64,000 nt of DNA from Myxococcales bacterium. GTDB taxonomy: Bacteria > Myxococcota_A > UBA9042 > JABWCM01 > BTVJ01. The notes below the pieces were generated by a model. It saw nothing but the letters and a program-made list of their open reading frames with translations, made no database searches and was not told the DNA's origin. A program made the position numbers and the translations under genes. How positions within the stretch are numbered: position 1 is the stretch's first letter; the number at the start of each line of letters is the position of its first letter. Shown here one piece after another: positions 11,777 to 21,837 of this stretch. The stretch is taken from NCBI GenBank assembly GCA_045863395.1, contig BTVJ01000017.1:50692-114691 (forward strand). The letters are read 5' to 3'.

Positions 11777-13129
11777 TCAGGCGCCCTCGCGCCGCAGGTC
11801 GTACCTCTTGATCTTGGCGTAGAGGGTCGTCCGGTCGATGTCCAGCAGCTCCGCCGCCTTGCTGATGTTCCAGCCCTCCCGGTCGAGCACCGCCTTGATG
11901 TGCGCCTGCTCCATGGACGCCAGGGAGTCTCCCGCCGGCGGGCGCACCGCCGCCGCCTGGACGAAAGGCAGGTCGTCGGCACGAATCAGCGGGGGGCGCC
12001 CGACGACCATCGCGCGCTCTACGGCATTCGCAAGCTCGCGCACGTTCCCGGGCCAGTCGTGGGCCATCAGCCGCTCGACGGCGGCCGGCTCGAAGTCGGT
12101 GATGTGCTTGTCCATCTGCAACGAGAGCTTCCGCAGGAAGTGCCGCGCCAGCAGGGGAATGTCGCTCCGACGTGATCGCAGCGGGGGCACGGTCAAGGTG
12201 AACACGTTGATCCGGTAGTAGAGGTCCTGCCGGAACCGCCCCTGGGCGACCAGCTCCTCCAGGTTCTCGTTGGTGGCGCACACCACCCGAAAGTCCACGT
12301 GGATCTGCTGGCTGCCGCCCACCCGTGTCACCTCGTGGGTCTCCAGCACGCGGAGCAGGTCCACCTGGGTCTTGGGGCTGATGGTGCCGATCTCGTCCAG
12401 GAACAGGGTGCCCCCGTCGGCCAGCTCGATCTTCCCCTTTCTCCGATACTGGGCGCCCGTGAAGGCGCCCTTCTCGTGACCGAACAGCTCGCTCTCGAGC
12501 AGTGTCTCAGGCAACGCACCACAGTTGACGGGCACCATTGGCAGATAGCGCCGCCGGCTGTTGGCGTGAATCGCCAGAGCCACGAGCTCCTTCCCCGTGC
12601 CGCTCTCTCCACGAATCAACACCGTGGCGTCCGTCTCCGCCACCTGCTGGATCAGCCCCAGCAGCCGATTCATCTCGGGGCTCTCTCCGACGATGGTGCT
12701 CGCGCTGCGCAGCTCGTCGATGGTCTCCCGGAGCTGCGCGTTCTCGGACTCCAGCCGCTTCTGCTCCAGGGCGCGGCGCACCAGGTGGCTGAGCTCGTCC
12801 GGGTCGACGGGCTTGGTCACATAGTCGAAGGCCCCCTGTTTGAGCGCCCGGACGGCCGTGTCCACCGACGCGAAGGCCGTGATCATGATCACGACGGTGC
12901 CAGGAGCCGACTTGTGGATGTGCTCCTGCAGCTCGATGCCGTCCATGCCGGGCATCTTGATGTCGAGGAGCGCCACGTCCCAGGCAGACTCCTGAATGGC
13001 GTGCAGCGCGTCGGTGGCGTTGGCGGCCGTGCGGACGCGGTAGCCGTCCTTGCGGAACCAGCTCGACAGCGAGTCCCGCACGGACAGCTCGTCGTCCACG
13101 ATCAGCACACTCCCCAGCTCCTTGCGCAT
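11777..13129 (-). CDS. Sigma-54-dependent response regulator (NtrC/AtoC family)
   Basis: Receiver domain, GESGTGKE, GAFTGA, WPGNVREL, Fis HTH. Confidence 0.95.
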   Translation of the reverse strand: MRKELGSVLIVDDELSVRDSLSSWFRKDGYRVRTAANATDALHAIQESAWDVALLDIKMPGMDGIELQEHIHKSAPGTVVIMITAFASVDTAVRALKQGAFDYVTKPVDPDELSHLVRRALEQKRLESENAQLRETIDELRSASTIVGESPEMNRLLGLIQQVAETDATVLIRGESGTGKELVALAIHANSRRRYLPMVPVNCGALPETLLESELFGHEKGAFTGAQYRRKGKIELADGGTLFLDEIGTISPKTQVDLLRVLETHEVTRVGGSQQIHVDFRVVCATNENLEELVAQGRFRQDLYYRINVFTLTVPPLRSRRSDIPLLARHFLRKLSLQMDKHITDFEPAAVERLMAHDWPGNVRELANAVERAMVVGRPPLIRADDLPFVQAAAVRPPAGDSLASMEQAHIKAVLDREGWNISKAAELLDIDRTTLYAKIKRYDLRREGA

Positions 13130-13138
13130 GGTGCCTCC

Positions 13139-14752
13139 TCATGCCCCCGCGGGCGCCGGCGGCTGCCGCGGCAGCCTCACCTTGAACGTGGTGCCCACTC
13201 CCACACGGGTCTCCACGTCGATGGACCCTCCGTGCCGGTGAACGATGCCGTAGACCACGGCGAGCCCCAGGCCGACGCCGCTCTCCTGGTTCTTCGTCGA
13301 GAAGAACGGCTCGAAGATGTGGGGGAGCACCTCCTCGGGGATGCCGCCGCCCGTGTCCTCGACCTCCAGCCGGAGCCCCTCGTCGTCGCCAATCAATCTC
13401 ACGAAAAGCCGCCCATCGGAGGACCCGTTCATGGATTCGAGGGAGTTCATGAGCAGCGCGAGCAGCGTCTGCTGCACCTGATCGGCGTCCGCGACGATCA
13501 CGTCGTCGCCCTCGGCTTCGAGGGACAGGGAGACACCCGCCATCTCCGCCTTGTGCCGCACCAGCATCACCGCCCGCTCCGCGACCTCCTTCACGGGGAC
13601 GGGCGCGAGCTTCGCCCCCGACTGGCGTGCAAAGACCAGCAGGTTGCGCACGATGTCGCCGCAGCGCATCGTCTCCTTCTGGATGGCGCCCACGTACCGC
13701 AGGACCTCCTCCAGCTCCTCGGGGGGCACGCCTTCTCTCAGGCTGCGCTCCACCAGCTTGGCGTAGGTCAGGACCCCGGCGAGAGGGTTGTTGATCTCGT
13801 GGGCGACCGTCGCCGACAGCTTGCCGAGGGAGGCCATCTTCTCCATGTGCACGATCTGCCGCTGGACCCGCCCGAGCTCGTCCGTCTTGGCGGCCACCTC
13901 GTCCTCCAGCTTGCGGGACCAGCCCGTCAGCTCCGCCCGTGCTGCCCGGAGGTCCGTCATCATCTGGTTGAAGGCCCGCGCCAGGGCGCCCAGCTCCCCC
14001 GGCGTGGAGATCTCGATGGGCGTGACCAGGTCCCCCTGCGCGACGCGGCGCGTGCCGTCCCACAGCGCCAGCACTGGGCGCCGCACCATGCGGATCACGA
14101 GGAGCACCGAGATCCCCCCGACGAAAAGCAGCATGACCGCGACGAGCCACACCCACTGGAGCCGCGTCGCCGCCACGGCCTCGTCGACGGCCGCCATGGA
14201 CATGCGAACGTCCAGCACGCCGAGGACGCTCTGGTCGGCTGGGTGGGCGTGGCAGGCGGCGCTTGCGCACTGGGCGCTGTTGGAGATGGGATCGATGACC
14301 CCGAGGAGCCGCTCGCCGCTCGGCGCCCGGTACACCCGCATGCGGTCGGACAGCGGCGGGCTGCGCAGTGGCTCCCGCTGGTCGTGGCAGATCACGCAGG
14401 CCTCGGCCTTCAGGTCCACCTGGGCCCCGATCTCCGCGTCGTCGGCCGAGAAGACGATCACCCCCTGCTTGTCGTAGATGCGGATGCCCGCCACCCCCGG
14501 GGTCTCCGCCACGAAGCGGATGATCTGGTGCACGTCCTCCTTGCGGTTGAGCATCATCCCGTAGGTGGTCGCTCGCTTGACCAACTCCCCGGTGCGGGTG
14601 GCGAGCTGGTTGATGGTCTCGGTCCAGCGCTCCGACGTGGTGAAGTGGGAGATGGCGCCGAAGGCGACGAACACGACGCCCATGGCGGTGAGCAGGAACG
14701 CCAGCAGGCGCACGCTCAAGCTGGACAGCAGACCTCGGACGCCACGTCGCAT
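13139..14752 (-). CDS. Sensor histidine kinase with periplasmic heme-c-binding motifs and HAMP domain
   Basis: Two TM segments; periplasmic CVICH and CASAACH; H-box 'AHEINNPL'; 'DTGGGI', 'FEPFFSTK', 'GLGL'. Confidence 0.92.
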   Translation of the reverse strand: MRRGVRGLLSSLSVRLLAFLLTAMGVVFVAFGAISHFTTSERWTETINQLATRTGELVKRATTYGMMLNRKEDVHQIIRFVAETPGVAGIRIYDKQGVIVFSADDAEIGAQVDLKAEACVICHDQREPLRSPPLSDRMRVYRAPSGERLLGVIDPISNSAQCASAACHAHPADQSVLGVLDVRMSMAAVDEAVAATRLQWVWLVAVMLLFVGGISVLLVIRMVRRPVLALWDGTRRVAQGDLVTPIEISTPGELGALARAFNQMMTDLRAARAELTGWSRKLEDEVAAKTDELGRVQRQIVHMEKMASLGKLSATVAHEINNPLAGVLTYAKLVERSLREGVPPEELEEVLRYVGAIQKETMRCGDIVRNLLVFARQSGAKLAPVPVKEVAERAVMLVRHKAEMAGVSLSLEAEGDDVIVADADQVQQTLLALLMNSLESMNGSSDGRLFVRLIGDDEGLRLEVEDTGGGIPEEVLPHIFEPFFSTKNQESGVGLGLAVVYGIVHRHGGSIDVETRVGVGTTFKVRLPRQPPAPAGA

Positions 14753-14925
14753 GGGCCTCCTCGCCCCCTCTGGGGAGAGGAGGCGAGGCCATTATAGACC
14801 CGCAGGTCTGGATGTGGCAGGGGATCGCCGCGGCATCGGCGGCGTCGGCTACAACGGCCACCAGGGCACGCCGCCGGTGCCGGGGTCTCGCGCGACCGCT
14901 GGAGATGAGGCTCAGGGCGCTACGG

Positions 14926-15150
14926 TCACCGGCACACGGAGGCGCACTGCGCGTTGCAGTCCTTGGCGCCCTCCTTGGCCGCGCACTTGCGCTTGCACTT
15001 CGCACAGCCCTCGCTCGTGGGCCCCGTCAGAGGCTTCACGGCCTTGCCCATGGACTGGGAGTACTTGCCGCCGCCGCCGCCGGCCGACTGGCAAGCCGGG
15101 GCCGCGAGGGCAAGGAGCAGGACCGAAAGGAGCATCGCGCCACGTCTCAT
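14926..15150 (-). CDS. Small Cys-rich lipoprotein
   Basis: Signal peptide with APAC lipobox; six Cys in the C-terminal 26 aa. Confidence 0.55.
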   Translation of the reverse strand: MRRGAMLLSVLLLALAAPACQSAGGGGGKYSQSMGKAVKPLTGPTSEGCAKCKRKCAAKEGAKDCNAQCASVCR

Positions 15151-15443
15151 GGGGATCGACCCTCTGCCAGGTGCGGTCGCGGTCGCCTCGCGTCACAGGA
15201 GCGTGACCCGCCACGGCGCGACGTGAGGCCGTGCATCCTAGCACATCTCCATTGGTGCAGTCGCCCCCACGCGTGGGGTGTGGCGGGCGAGGGCCGCGAC
15301 GGAGTCTCGCTGAAGGACACCGTTGCTGCCCTTGGCAGGTGCGACCGAGCCGAGGCTCAGGTATCATCCGCCGCGACGTGACGCAGACGCGCCACGAATC
15401 AGACCTCCGGGGAGGCTCCCCCGGCAGCCCGGGAGGCCCTCCG

Positions 15444-16436
15444 ATGGCAACCGCCGACATGCTGATGAGGGGCCTGGCCCCGCGCCTGGCCGCCGCCAAC
15501 CTGGCGCCCCCCTCTGCGGTCCTGCTGCGCGGGGTCCGACAGCGCGCGGCGGACGAGGCGTGGGAGCAGCACCGCCGTGAGGCGGCCGCTGCGGCCACCG
15601 CGATCACGCGGCGAGAGGAGGGCGCGCGGGAGCGCCTCGCGGCCGTGGCCGAGGCAGCGCTCCACGATCTGCGAGCGCGGGCGGCTCTGCTCGCACGAGG
15701 CGCCGGCGGCGCGTTGGCCCTCGCGGTGCGCCTCGACCAGGAGTTCATGGACCCGGACGCCCGCGAGCACATGGACGACCCGGCCTTCGACGAGGGGAAA
15801 CGAAGAGGGGCGGTGGCCAGCCTGGACCGGATGAACGAGGGCGCCGGGATCTACGAGCTGTTCGCCGACGTCCTCGACCCGTGGCTCCCGCAGGGTGGCG
15901 CGCTGCTCGATCTGGCCGCCGGCCATGGCGGATTCGCCGTGTGGCTCGCCCGCCGCGCCCGCGCCCAGGGCCGCCCCCTTCGCATCACCGCGACGGACCT
16001 CCACGACAGCTACCTCGCCCTCGGCCGCGAGCGCGCCCGCGCCGAGGGCCTCGAGGTGGAGCTTCGGCCGCAGGACGCCCTCGACCTGTCCAACCTCACG
16101 CCCGGCGCCTTCGACGTGGTGCTGTGTACCCAGGCGGTGCATCACTTCCCGGCGGGGCTCATCTCGGTGATGGTCGAGGAGGCCACGCGCATCGCAGGCC
16201 GGGCCGTCGTCCTCGTGGACGGCTGCCGGAGCGCCCTCTTTGCAGGCGTCCTGGTGACCCTCGGGCTCGTGGGCTTCCGCGACCCGACCTTCACCCACGA
16301 CTCCTTCGCCTCCTTCCGCCGCTTCTTCGTGCCGGAGGAGCTGGGGCTCCTCGCCCGGCTCGGCGCTGGCGCCCGCCCCGTCGAGGCCAAGTTCAGGGCC
16401 CCCAACCACTGCGTGGTCACGATCCCGACCCGCTGA
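15444..16436 (+). CDS. Class I SAM-dependent methyltransferase
   Basis: 'LLDLAAGHG' motif I, 'EHMDDP', 'FDVVLCTQAVHHF'. Confidence 0.85.
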   Translation: MATADMLMRGLAPRLAAANLAPPSAVLLRGVRQRAADEAWEQHRREAAAAATAITRREEGARERLAAVAEAALHDLRARAALLARGAGGALALAVRLDQEFMDPDAREHMDDPAFDEGKRRGAVASLDRMNEGAGIYELFADVLDPWLPQGGALLDLAAGHGGFAVWLARRARAQGRPLRITATDLHDSYLALGRERARAEGLEVELRPQDALDLSNLTPGAFDVVLCTQAVHHFPAGLISVMVEEATRIAGRAVVLVDGCRSALFAGVLVTLGLVGFRDPTFTHDSFASFRRFFVPEELGLLARLGAGARPVEAKFRAPNHCVVTIPTR

Positions 16437-16548
16437 CGCCGCCCGACCATCGCTGCGAGCCGCCGCGCCGCCTGCTCCCGATGGAGCGGCCAGGGCGCCG
16501 GATCCGCGGGTCCAGACCGCGCATCCGCGCGTCGCCCCCGCAGTGGGG

Positions 16549-17037
16549 CTACTCGCAGCGAGACTCGCCCGGGCGCGGCGGGCTGCTCCAGTCCACGGGA
16601 CCGACGGTGAATCGGTGCTCGAGCCAGCACAAGACGAAGTCCCAGGCCCTGTCGAAGTAGGCGAAGACGGGGTCCGGGTCCGCGAGGCGCTCCCAGCCGA
16701 GGTGGCGCACGCGCACCCGCGTCCCCGCCCCCTCGGCGGCGAGCTGCACGACGACGAAGGTGCGCGGACCCGACCGGGCGTCGGGGAACACCGGCGGCGC
16801 GTTCCACTCGAAGGACACCATCTCTCCCGGCACGAAGGACAGCACCCGCATCCCCTCCGACCCCTGGCTGCCGGGCGGCTCGGACAGATCGAAGAAGATC
16901 TCGTAGGGGCCCCCGAGCTCCAGGGCAATGCGCGCGTCCTCTCCGAAGAAGGTCCGCGCCCCCTCGCTCGTGGTCCACGCGTCCCAGACATCGGCGACGG
17001 GAGCGCCGACGACCGTCTGCTTGTCGATGCACCGCAT
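16549..17037 (-). CDS. SRPBCC/AHSA1-like domain protein
   Basis: 'APVADVWDAWTT', 'GGPYEIFF', 'SFEWNAPP', 'H.GW' pattern. Confidence 0.85.
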   Translation of the reverse strand: MRCIDKQTVVGAPVADVWDAWTTSEGARTFFGEDARIALELGGPYEIFFDLSEPPGSQGSEGMRVLSFVPGEMVSFEWNAPPVFPDARSGPRTFVVVQLAAEGAGTRVRVRHLGWERLADPDPVFAYFDRAWDFVLCWLEHRFTVGPVDWSSPPRPGESRCE

Positions 17038-17386
17038 GAGGCTCCGTCTCCTAGCGAGATTGGCAACCGCACCTGCGACCGCCACGCCAGCTCGGCGCAG
17101 TGAGACAGGCTCGGCGGCATCCTACGACGCTTGCCCCCGATGCGTCCAACGGGGCCGCCAGAGCAGCGAGTGGCGGCCACCGTTGCCGGACCAGGAGAGG
17201 ATGACGCCGCCTGCTGCGCTGCGCGCCAACGGGCGGTGCTTGTCGCGCGATGAGCGGTAGGAGCTCGCTCACCCCCCGCCTCCAGGCTGGCCTGCCCGTC
17301 GCCGTCGGGCCGGGCAGGGGCCCGTGGGCGCGACTCGACGCCGAGCGTGCGGTGGATCGGAGAGCGGCCTCAGCGCTCACACGAGC

Positions 17387-17812
17387 TCACACGTCGGGGA
17401 CCGTCGCTACGACCTGATAGGCAAAGCGCGCCGTGTGCGACGCGAGGTACAGCGTCTCGAGCGCGGACTCCACGGCGAGGGTGATCCCGCCGCCGGCGTC
17501 GGGGACGAAGAGCGCACGCGCGCTCACGACGCGCACGCGGATGTCGGACTGGACAATCGGCGAGACGCCCGACGGATGCACCGTCACCGACGCGCGCAGC
17601 GTCGACGGGTCGAGCGTAGACGGGAGCGAGGGAGCGGTCGGCACCAGGAATCGAAGGGTGCCTGCGACGCGCGCCGGGCTGCCGGTCGTGTCGGTGGTCA
17701 CGTCGAAGTGACCCGCGAGGATGACCATGCGGGTCGCGGATCCGTCGGCGCCGCGTCCGCGAACTTCGACCAGGGGCTGCGCCTCCGCGCCACGAGAGAT
17801 GAGCTGAGCCAT
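17387..17812 (-). CDS. Hypothetical protein
   Basis: 141-aa ORF with protein-like beta-rich composition; no recognised motif. Confidence 0.5.
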   Translation of the reverse strand: MAQLISRGAEAQPLVEVRGRGADGSATRMVILAGHFDVTTDTTGSPARVAGTLRFLVPTAPSLPSTLDPSTLRASVTVHPSGVSPIVQSDIRVRVVSARALFVPDAGGGITLAVESALETLYLASHTARFAYQVVATVPDV

Positions 17813-17897
17813 TCGCCAAGGCTACCTGCGAGCGCGCACCCGCGTCAACGGGCACGCCGCGCGATCCCGAGGGCCGTGGTCCCTTCTCGTGAGCCCC

Positions 17898-18623
17898 CTA
17901 CCCCCGCGCCGGCCGCAGCAGGAGCTCGCGGACCAGGTCGAGGTGGCGGCGGCCGCCGACGAGGCTCGCCAGGTCGCGGAGGTTCGCCAGCGGCTCGCCC
18001 CCGTCGGCCATGGTGGGGCCCACCTCGGTGGCCATGAGGAGCTCCATGGCCACGCGCCGCTGGAAGTGGTGGGCGTCGATGCGGGCCTGGTGCTCCGCCT
18101 CGCGGGCGCTCATCGTCTTGGCCTTCCCCGCCGGCGCCAGGTCGAGGAGCCAGCCGTCTCCGTAAGGGTCACGCACCAGCAGGCCCGGATCGCCGAGGAG
18201 CGCCGCGTTGCCGTTCGTCACGCGCCCCGCGGTAGGAGATGCCAGCTCGACGACCCCCTCCGGCGTGTCCACGGTCACGCACAGGGCGCCGTCCGCCACG
18301 GGGGCGCCCGGCCTCGGGAGAGAGACCGCCGCCGGCTCCGCGAGCAGGTCGGCCAGCATGGAGTCGATGCCCACCCGCAGGCCACCGTCGGCCCACGGCT
18401 TCAGCCAGAAGTGCCCCGCCGCGTAGTCCCGGTCGGCGGGGAAGCGCATCCCGCTGCGCCCCCTCGACGCCGGCGCCGCCCTCCCCCGCAGCGCTGCGTC
18501 CAGCGGGCAGTTGTCGCAGTCCAGGGCACGATCACAGGGCCGCCACGCGAGCACACCGGCGCCCACCCACACGCACGGTGTGTCCTGAGGAAGCCACCCT
18601 CGATCCGTCGCTTTGGAGCTCAT
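17898..18623 (-). CDS. GcvH-like protein without lipoyl lysine, N-terminal 4-Cys motif
   Basis: 'CVW..AGV...CDRALDCDNCPLD'; H-protein core 'HFWL..RVGID..SP..GRV..N..DPYGDGWL'; no Lys at the hairpin. Confidence 0.82.
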   Translation of the reverse strand: MSSKATDRGWLPQDTPCVWVGAGVLAWRPCDRALDCDNCPLDAALRGRAAPASRGRSGMRFPADRDYAAGHFWLKPWADGGLRVGIDSMLADLLAEPAAVSLPRPGAPVADGALCVTVDTPEGVVELASPTAGRVTNGNAALLGDPGLLVRDPYGDGWLLDLAPAGKAKTMSAREAEHQARIDAHHFQRRVAMELLMATEVGPTMADGGEPLANLRDLASLVGGRRHLDLVRELLLRPARG

Positions 18624-18642
18624 GGCGCCCTCCGCGGCCGCC

Positions 18643-20217
18643 TCAGTTGTGGCAGCTCGAGCAGTCATCGTCGGTCATCCCGAAGGCCTTGGTCCCCTCG
18701 TGGCAGCTCCCGCACAGCTCGCCCCGGTTCATGCGCTCGTGGGTGATCGTCCCAGACAGCGGCGCGCCGGGCTTCGTCAGACTCCAGTCTGTCTTGTGGC
18801 AGGCGCCGCACTGGGCCCCCTCCACCGTCCCCATGTGGCTCTCGTGGCTGAAGGTGACCGCCCCGGGGCTGTCGCCAGTCACCGGGAAGGTGTAGTCGGC
18901 GGGCACCCGCAGGTCCCCAGCCTCCGACGGCGTCCCCACGACCCCGTCGCCCAGTCCGCGCGCCTCCGGCGAGCCGGCCATCGTGACCAGCACCACGCCG
19001 ATGGCGAGCAGGCCCCACAGCCCGGCGATGCCCCAGCCGTTGGCGGTGGGCATGCCGCGGACGCCCAGGGCCGGCAGCATGGCGGGCGGGCGGGCGTGCT
19101 TCATCTCGCTCTGCGGGAAGACGTGCAGGTACTTGACCGCTGCCGCGAAGGCCGTGAAGCCGACCGCGCACAGGGCCAGCGTGACGCCGATCTCATAGAT
19201 GCTCGGCAGATACGCGACCCCGCTCGATCCGACCATCCCGGTGATCGACACGTTGAGCCGGTTGACGATGAAGCCCATGACCGTCAGCACCGCCGCGAAG
19301 AACATGGCGTGGCGGTTGCGACGCACCCGCGGCATGGCGAAGAGCACCATCGGGAGCACCATGCCGAGCCCGATCTCACCCCAGAAGAGCACCGCCTCCG
19401 GCGTGAACTGGAACACGAGCGGCAGGTTGCCCCGGCCCCACAGGTCCTGGAGCTTCCACATGCCGAGCACCGCGAGCACCACCACGATGACGCGGCTCAT
19501 GCCGGCGAGCAGGTCGTCCTCGAGCCGGTGCCCGAAGGCGCGGTGGCTCAGGTAGGACTCGACGATGGTCATGGCCAGGCCGGCGGCCACGGCGGAGATG
19601 AAGAAGAACACCGGCAGCCACGGGGTGTACCAGAGGCCGTGGAGCTTGTCCGGCACGATGACGTAGAGCGTGCCCAGCGACGACTGGTGCATCATGGACA
19701 GGAGCACGCCCAGGATGACCAGCGGGATGTAGATGGTCTGCATGGCCTTGAGCGGCCTCTTCCAGCCGAGGCGCTCCAGCACGACGGGGCTGAACTCCAG
19801 GGCCAGCACCGTGGTGTAGAGCATGACGCACCAGGCGACCTCGAACATGACGCTGTGGGGGTTCCACATGACGAGCGGGTGCCAGATGTCCCACGGCTGG
19901 CCGAGGTCGAAGAGCAGACCCACACACACCAGCACGTAGCCGAGGAAGGCCGTAAGCACCGCCGGGCGAGCGATGGGCTCGTACTTCTCGATGTGGAAGA
20001 GGTGGACCGCCGCGGCCACCGTGAAGCCACCGGCGGCGAGGCCGACGCCGACGAGCACGTCGAAGCCGATCCAGAGCCCCCAGGGGAAGGCGTCGCTGAG
20101 ATTGGTCGAGGCGCCGAGGCCGAAGCCGTAGCGCAGCACCGCCGAGACCGCCCCGAAGAGCAGAATCAGGGCGAGCAGGCTTTGCCAGATCGTGAGCTTA
20201 CCGCGTGGAGTCGTCAT
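18643..20217 (-). CDS. NrfD/HybB/HmcC-family quinone-interacting membrane subunit fused to C-terminal triheme c7-type cytochrome
   Basis: 'TNLSDAFPWGLWIGFD', 'DLGQPW', 'SVMFEVAWC', 'HQSSLG'; C-terminal 'VTFSHESH', CGACH, CGSCH, CSSCH. Confidence 0.9.
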   Translation of the reverse strand: MTTPRGKLTIWQSLLALILLFGAVSAVLRYGFGLGASTNLSDAFPWGLWIGFDVLVGVGLAAGGFTVAAAVHLFHIEKYEPIARPAVLTAFLGYVLVCVGLLFDLGQPWDIWHPLVMWNPHSVMFEVAWCVMLYTTVLALEFSPVVLERLGWKRPLKAMQTIYIPLVILGVLLSMMHQSSLGTLYVIVPDKLHGLWYTPWLPVFFFISAVAAGLAMTIVESYLSHRAFGHRLEDDLLAGMSRVIVVVLAVLGMWKLQDLWGRGNLPLVFQFTPEAVLFWGEIGLGMVLPMVLFAMPRVRRNRHAMFFAAVLTVMGFIVNRLNVSITGMVGSSGVAYLPSIYEIGVTLALCAVGFTAFAAAVKYLHVFPQSEMKHARPPAMLPALGVRGMPTANGWGIAGLWGLLAIGVVLVTMAGSPEARGLGDGVVGTPSEAGDLRVPADYTFPVTGDSPGAVTFSHESHMGTVEGAQCGACHKTDWSLTKPGAPLSGTITHERMNRGELCGSCHEGTKAFGMTDDDCSSCHN

Positions 20218-20983
20218 GGCTCTCCTCCTGATGGCCGTTGGTCTCGTGCTCGCGGCGCGTGCGGGCAAGCTCGTCGCGGCGCTTGATGATCCACCAGATT
20301 CCGAAGAGGCCCACGCCGGAGACGCTCACGACGTTGGGCAGCTTGGACAGGATGTTCCAGGTCAGGGCGGGGTACGGGTCGTTCTGGACGCCCGTGCGGA
20401 AGCCGATCTGCTCGAAGGGCACGTCCGAGATGAACAGGACGCCCGTTCCGCCGGCCTCCTTCTCGCCGTAGATGTGGTTGACGTAGACGTCGGGGGACTC
20501 GGCGAGGCGCTTGCGGGCCTCGGCGAGCAGCTCCTCGCGGTCTCCGAAGACGATGGCGCCGGTCGGGCACGCGGACGTGCAGGCGGGCTCCTCGCCGCGG
20601 CTCACGCGCTTCTCGTAGCACATGATGCACTTCTGCACCGCGGGCACCTTCGCGTCCCACTCGTACTTGGGGATGTTGAAGGGGCAGCCGAGCATGCAGT
20701 AGCGGCACCCGATGCACTTGGGCTCGTCGTAGACCACCGCCCCCTCCGGGGTCTTGTGGAGCGCCCCGACCGGGCACACCGACACGCAGGCCGGCTCCAC
20801 GCAGTGCATGCACGAGTGGCGGACGTGTACGCCGCGCCGGTTCTCGACGGTGAGCCAGGTGGTGGCGGAGAGCTTCCGGGCCCCGTCCTCCCGCGGGAGG
20901 TCGTTCGACTCCTTGCACGCCCACACGCAAGCCTCACAGCCGATGCACTTGGTCAGATCCACCAGGATTGCGGCCGAGCTCAT
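20198..20983 (-). CDS. 4Fe-4S dicluster electron-transfer subunit (HybA/HmcB/FdnH-like) with C-terminal TM anchor
   Basis: CIGCEACVWAC, CMHCVEPACVSVCP, CIGCRYCMLGCP, CIMC..PACTSACPTGA, 'IYGEKEAGGT'. Confidence 0.92.
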   Translation of the reverse strand: MSSAAILVDLTKCIGCEACVWACKESNDLPREDGARKLSATTWLTVENRRGVHVRHSCMHCVEPACVSVCPVGALHKTPEGAVVYDEPKCIGCRYCMLGCPFNIPKYEWDAKVPAVQKCIMCYEKRVSRGEEPACTSACPTGAIVFGDREELLAEARKRLAESPDVYVNHIYGEKEAGGTGVLFISDVPFEQIGFRTGVQNDPYPALTWNILSKLPNVVSVSGVGLFGIWWIIKRRDELARTRREHETNGHQEESHDDSTR

Positions 20984-21705
20984 GACAGCCTCCCTTCGCG
21001 CGCGCTGGCGCCATGCACGGTCTCCTTCGTGCCGTGGAACAGGTCTCCGCTCAGGCGCTCCCAGGCCGGCTCGTCCAGGCAGTCAGCCAGAGCGTCCGCC
21101 GGCGCGCCGCCGTCGAGCATGGTCGCGCCCACCGTGGAGGGGGGCAGCATGGCGAGCACCGACTCCCGAAGCCGGTGCAGCTCCCCGGCGACCCATGCGC
21201 GGGCGTCCTCACCGACCGTCATGGCCGGCAGCGCCTTGTTCAGATCCCGCGGGCGGACCTTGTAGAGCCAGGTCAGGGCCTCGGGCAGCTCGCGGTAGGC
21301 CGCGACCTCCGTGTTGACCTCCTCGACGACGGCCCCCATCGGTGCGCGCAGGGTGAGCGCTCGGCCTCCACTCTGGAAGGTGAAGAGCGGCGCGCCGGCC
21401 TCGATGACCGTCCCCGGCGGGTGGAGCTCGACGCCGTCGGGCGTTCCCAGCGCCATCAGGGCCACCGGCGACGCGCCGACGGACACCAGGCCGTCCGCCT
21501 CGACGCGCAGCCAGGTGTGGGTCGGGTCCATGAAGATGTCGCCCGGCAGCGCGGAGGGGTCGACCTCGGCCCGCGGGCGAGTGCGTGCGAGCTCCGCCGC
21601 GTTGACCCGCGCCGCCGCCAGGGTCCGGCGGTACGTGGCCCGCTGGACGAAGAAGTCGATGGTCAGGAAGAGCAGGATGACTGTGACGATGAGCAAGGCA
21701 ACCAT
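20980..21705 (-). CDS. Membrane-anchored GcvH-like protein without lipoyl lysine
   Basis: N-terminal TM 'MVALLIVTVILLFLTIDFFV'; 'HTWL', 'APMG.V..VN', 'WLYKV', 'GATMLDGG'. Confidence 0.8.
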   Translation of the reverse strand: MVALLIVTVILLFLTIDFFVQRATYRRTLAAARVNAAELARTRPRAEVDPSALPGDIFMDPTHTWLRVEADGLVSVGASPVALMALGTPDGVELHPPGTVIEAGAPLFTFQSGGRALTLRAPMGAVVEEVNTEVAAYRELPEALTWLYKVRPRDLNKALPAMTVGEDARAWVAGELHRLRESVLAMLPPSTVGATMLDGGAPADALADCLDEPAWERLSGDLFHGTKETVHGASAREGRLS

Positions 21706-21753
21706 GGTTCTCCTCCAGTCAGGCGTGCGACCGCCGCACGTGACCCCCACCTG

Positions 21754-21769
21754 TGCACGGACCGGGCCA
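21754..21769 (-). promoter_or_regulatory. Putative sigma-54 promoter for the leftward GcvH-like/hybAB operon
   Basis: Minus strand TGGCCCGGTCCGTGCA (GG-N10-GC), about 50 bp upstream of ATG 21705. Confidence 0.55.
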
Positions 21770-21837
21770 CCGCCTCGGAGGTGCCAGAGGACCGCTCTCC
21801 ATGCGGAGTTCCGCTCGCGGCCCTCCTGATCGCGCGC

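Noticed and set aside
12299..15005. Very long alternative-frame and antisense ORFs (e.g. the two 832-aa ORFs, and similar ones throughout)
   Set aside because: Shadow ORFs expected in high-GC DNA; they overlap well-supported genes and lack motifs
17375..17392. gctcacacga matching the core of the islet repeat
   Set aside because: Only 10 bp match, with no flanking similarity
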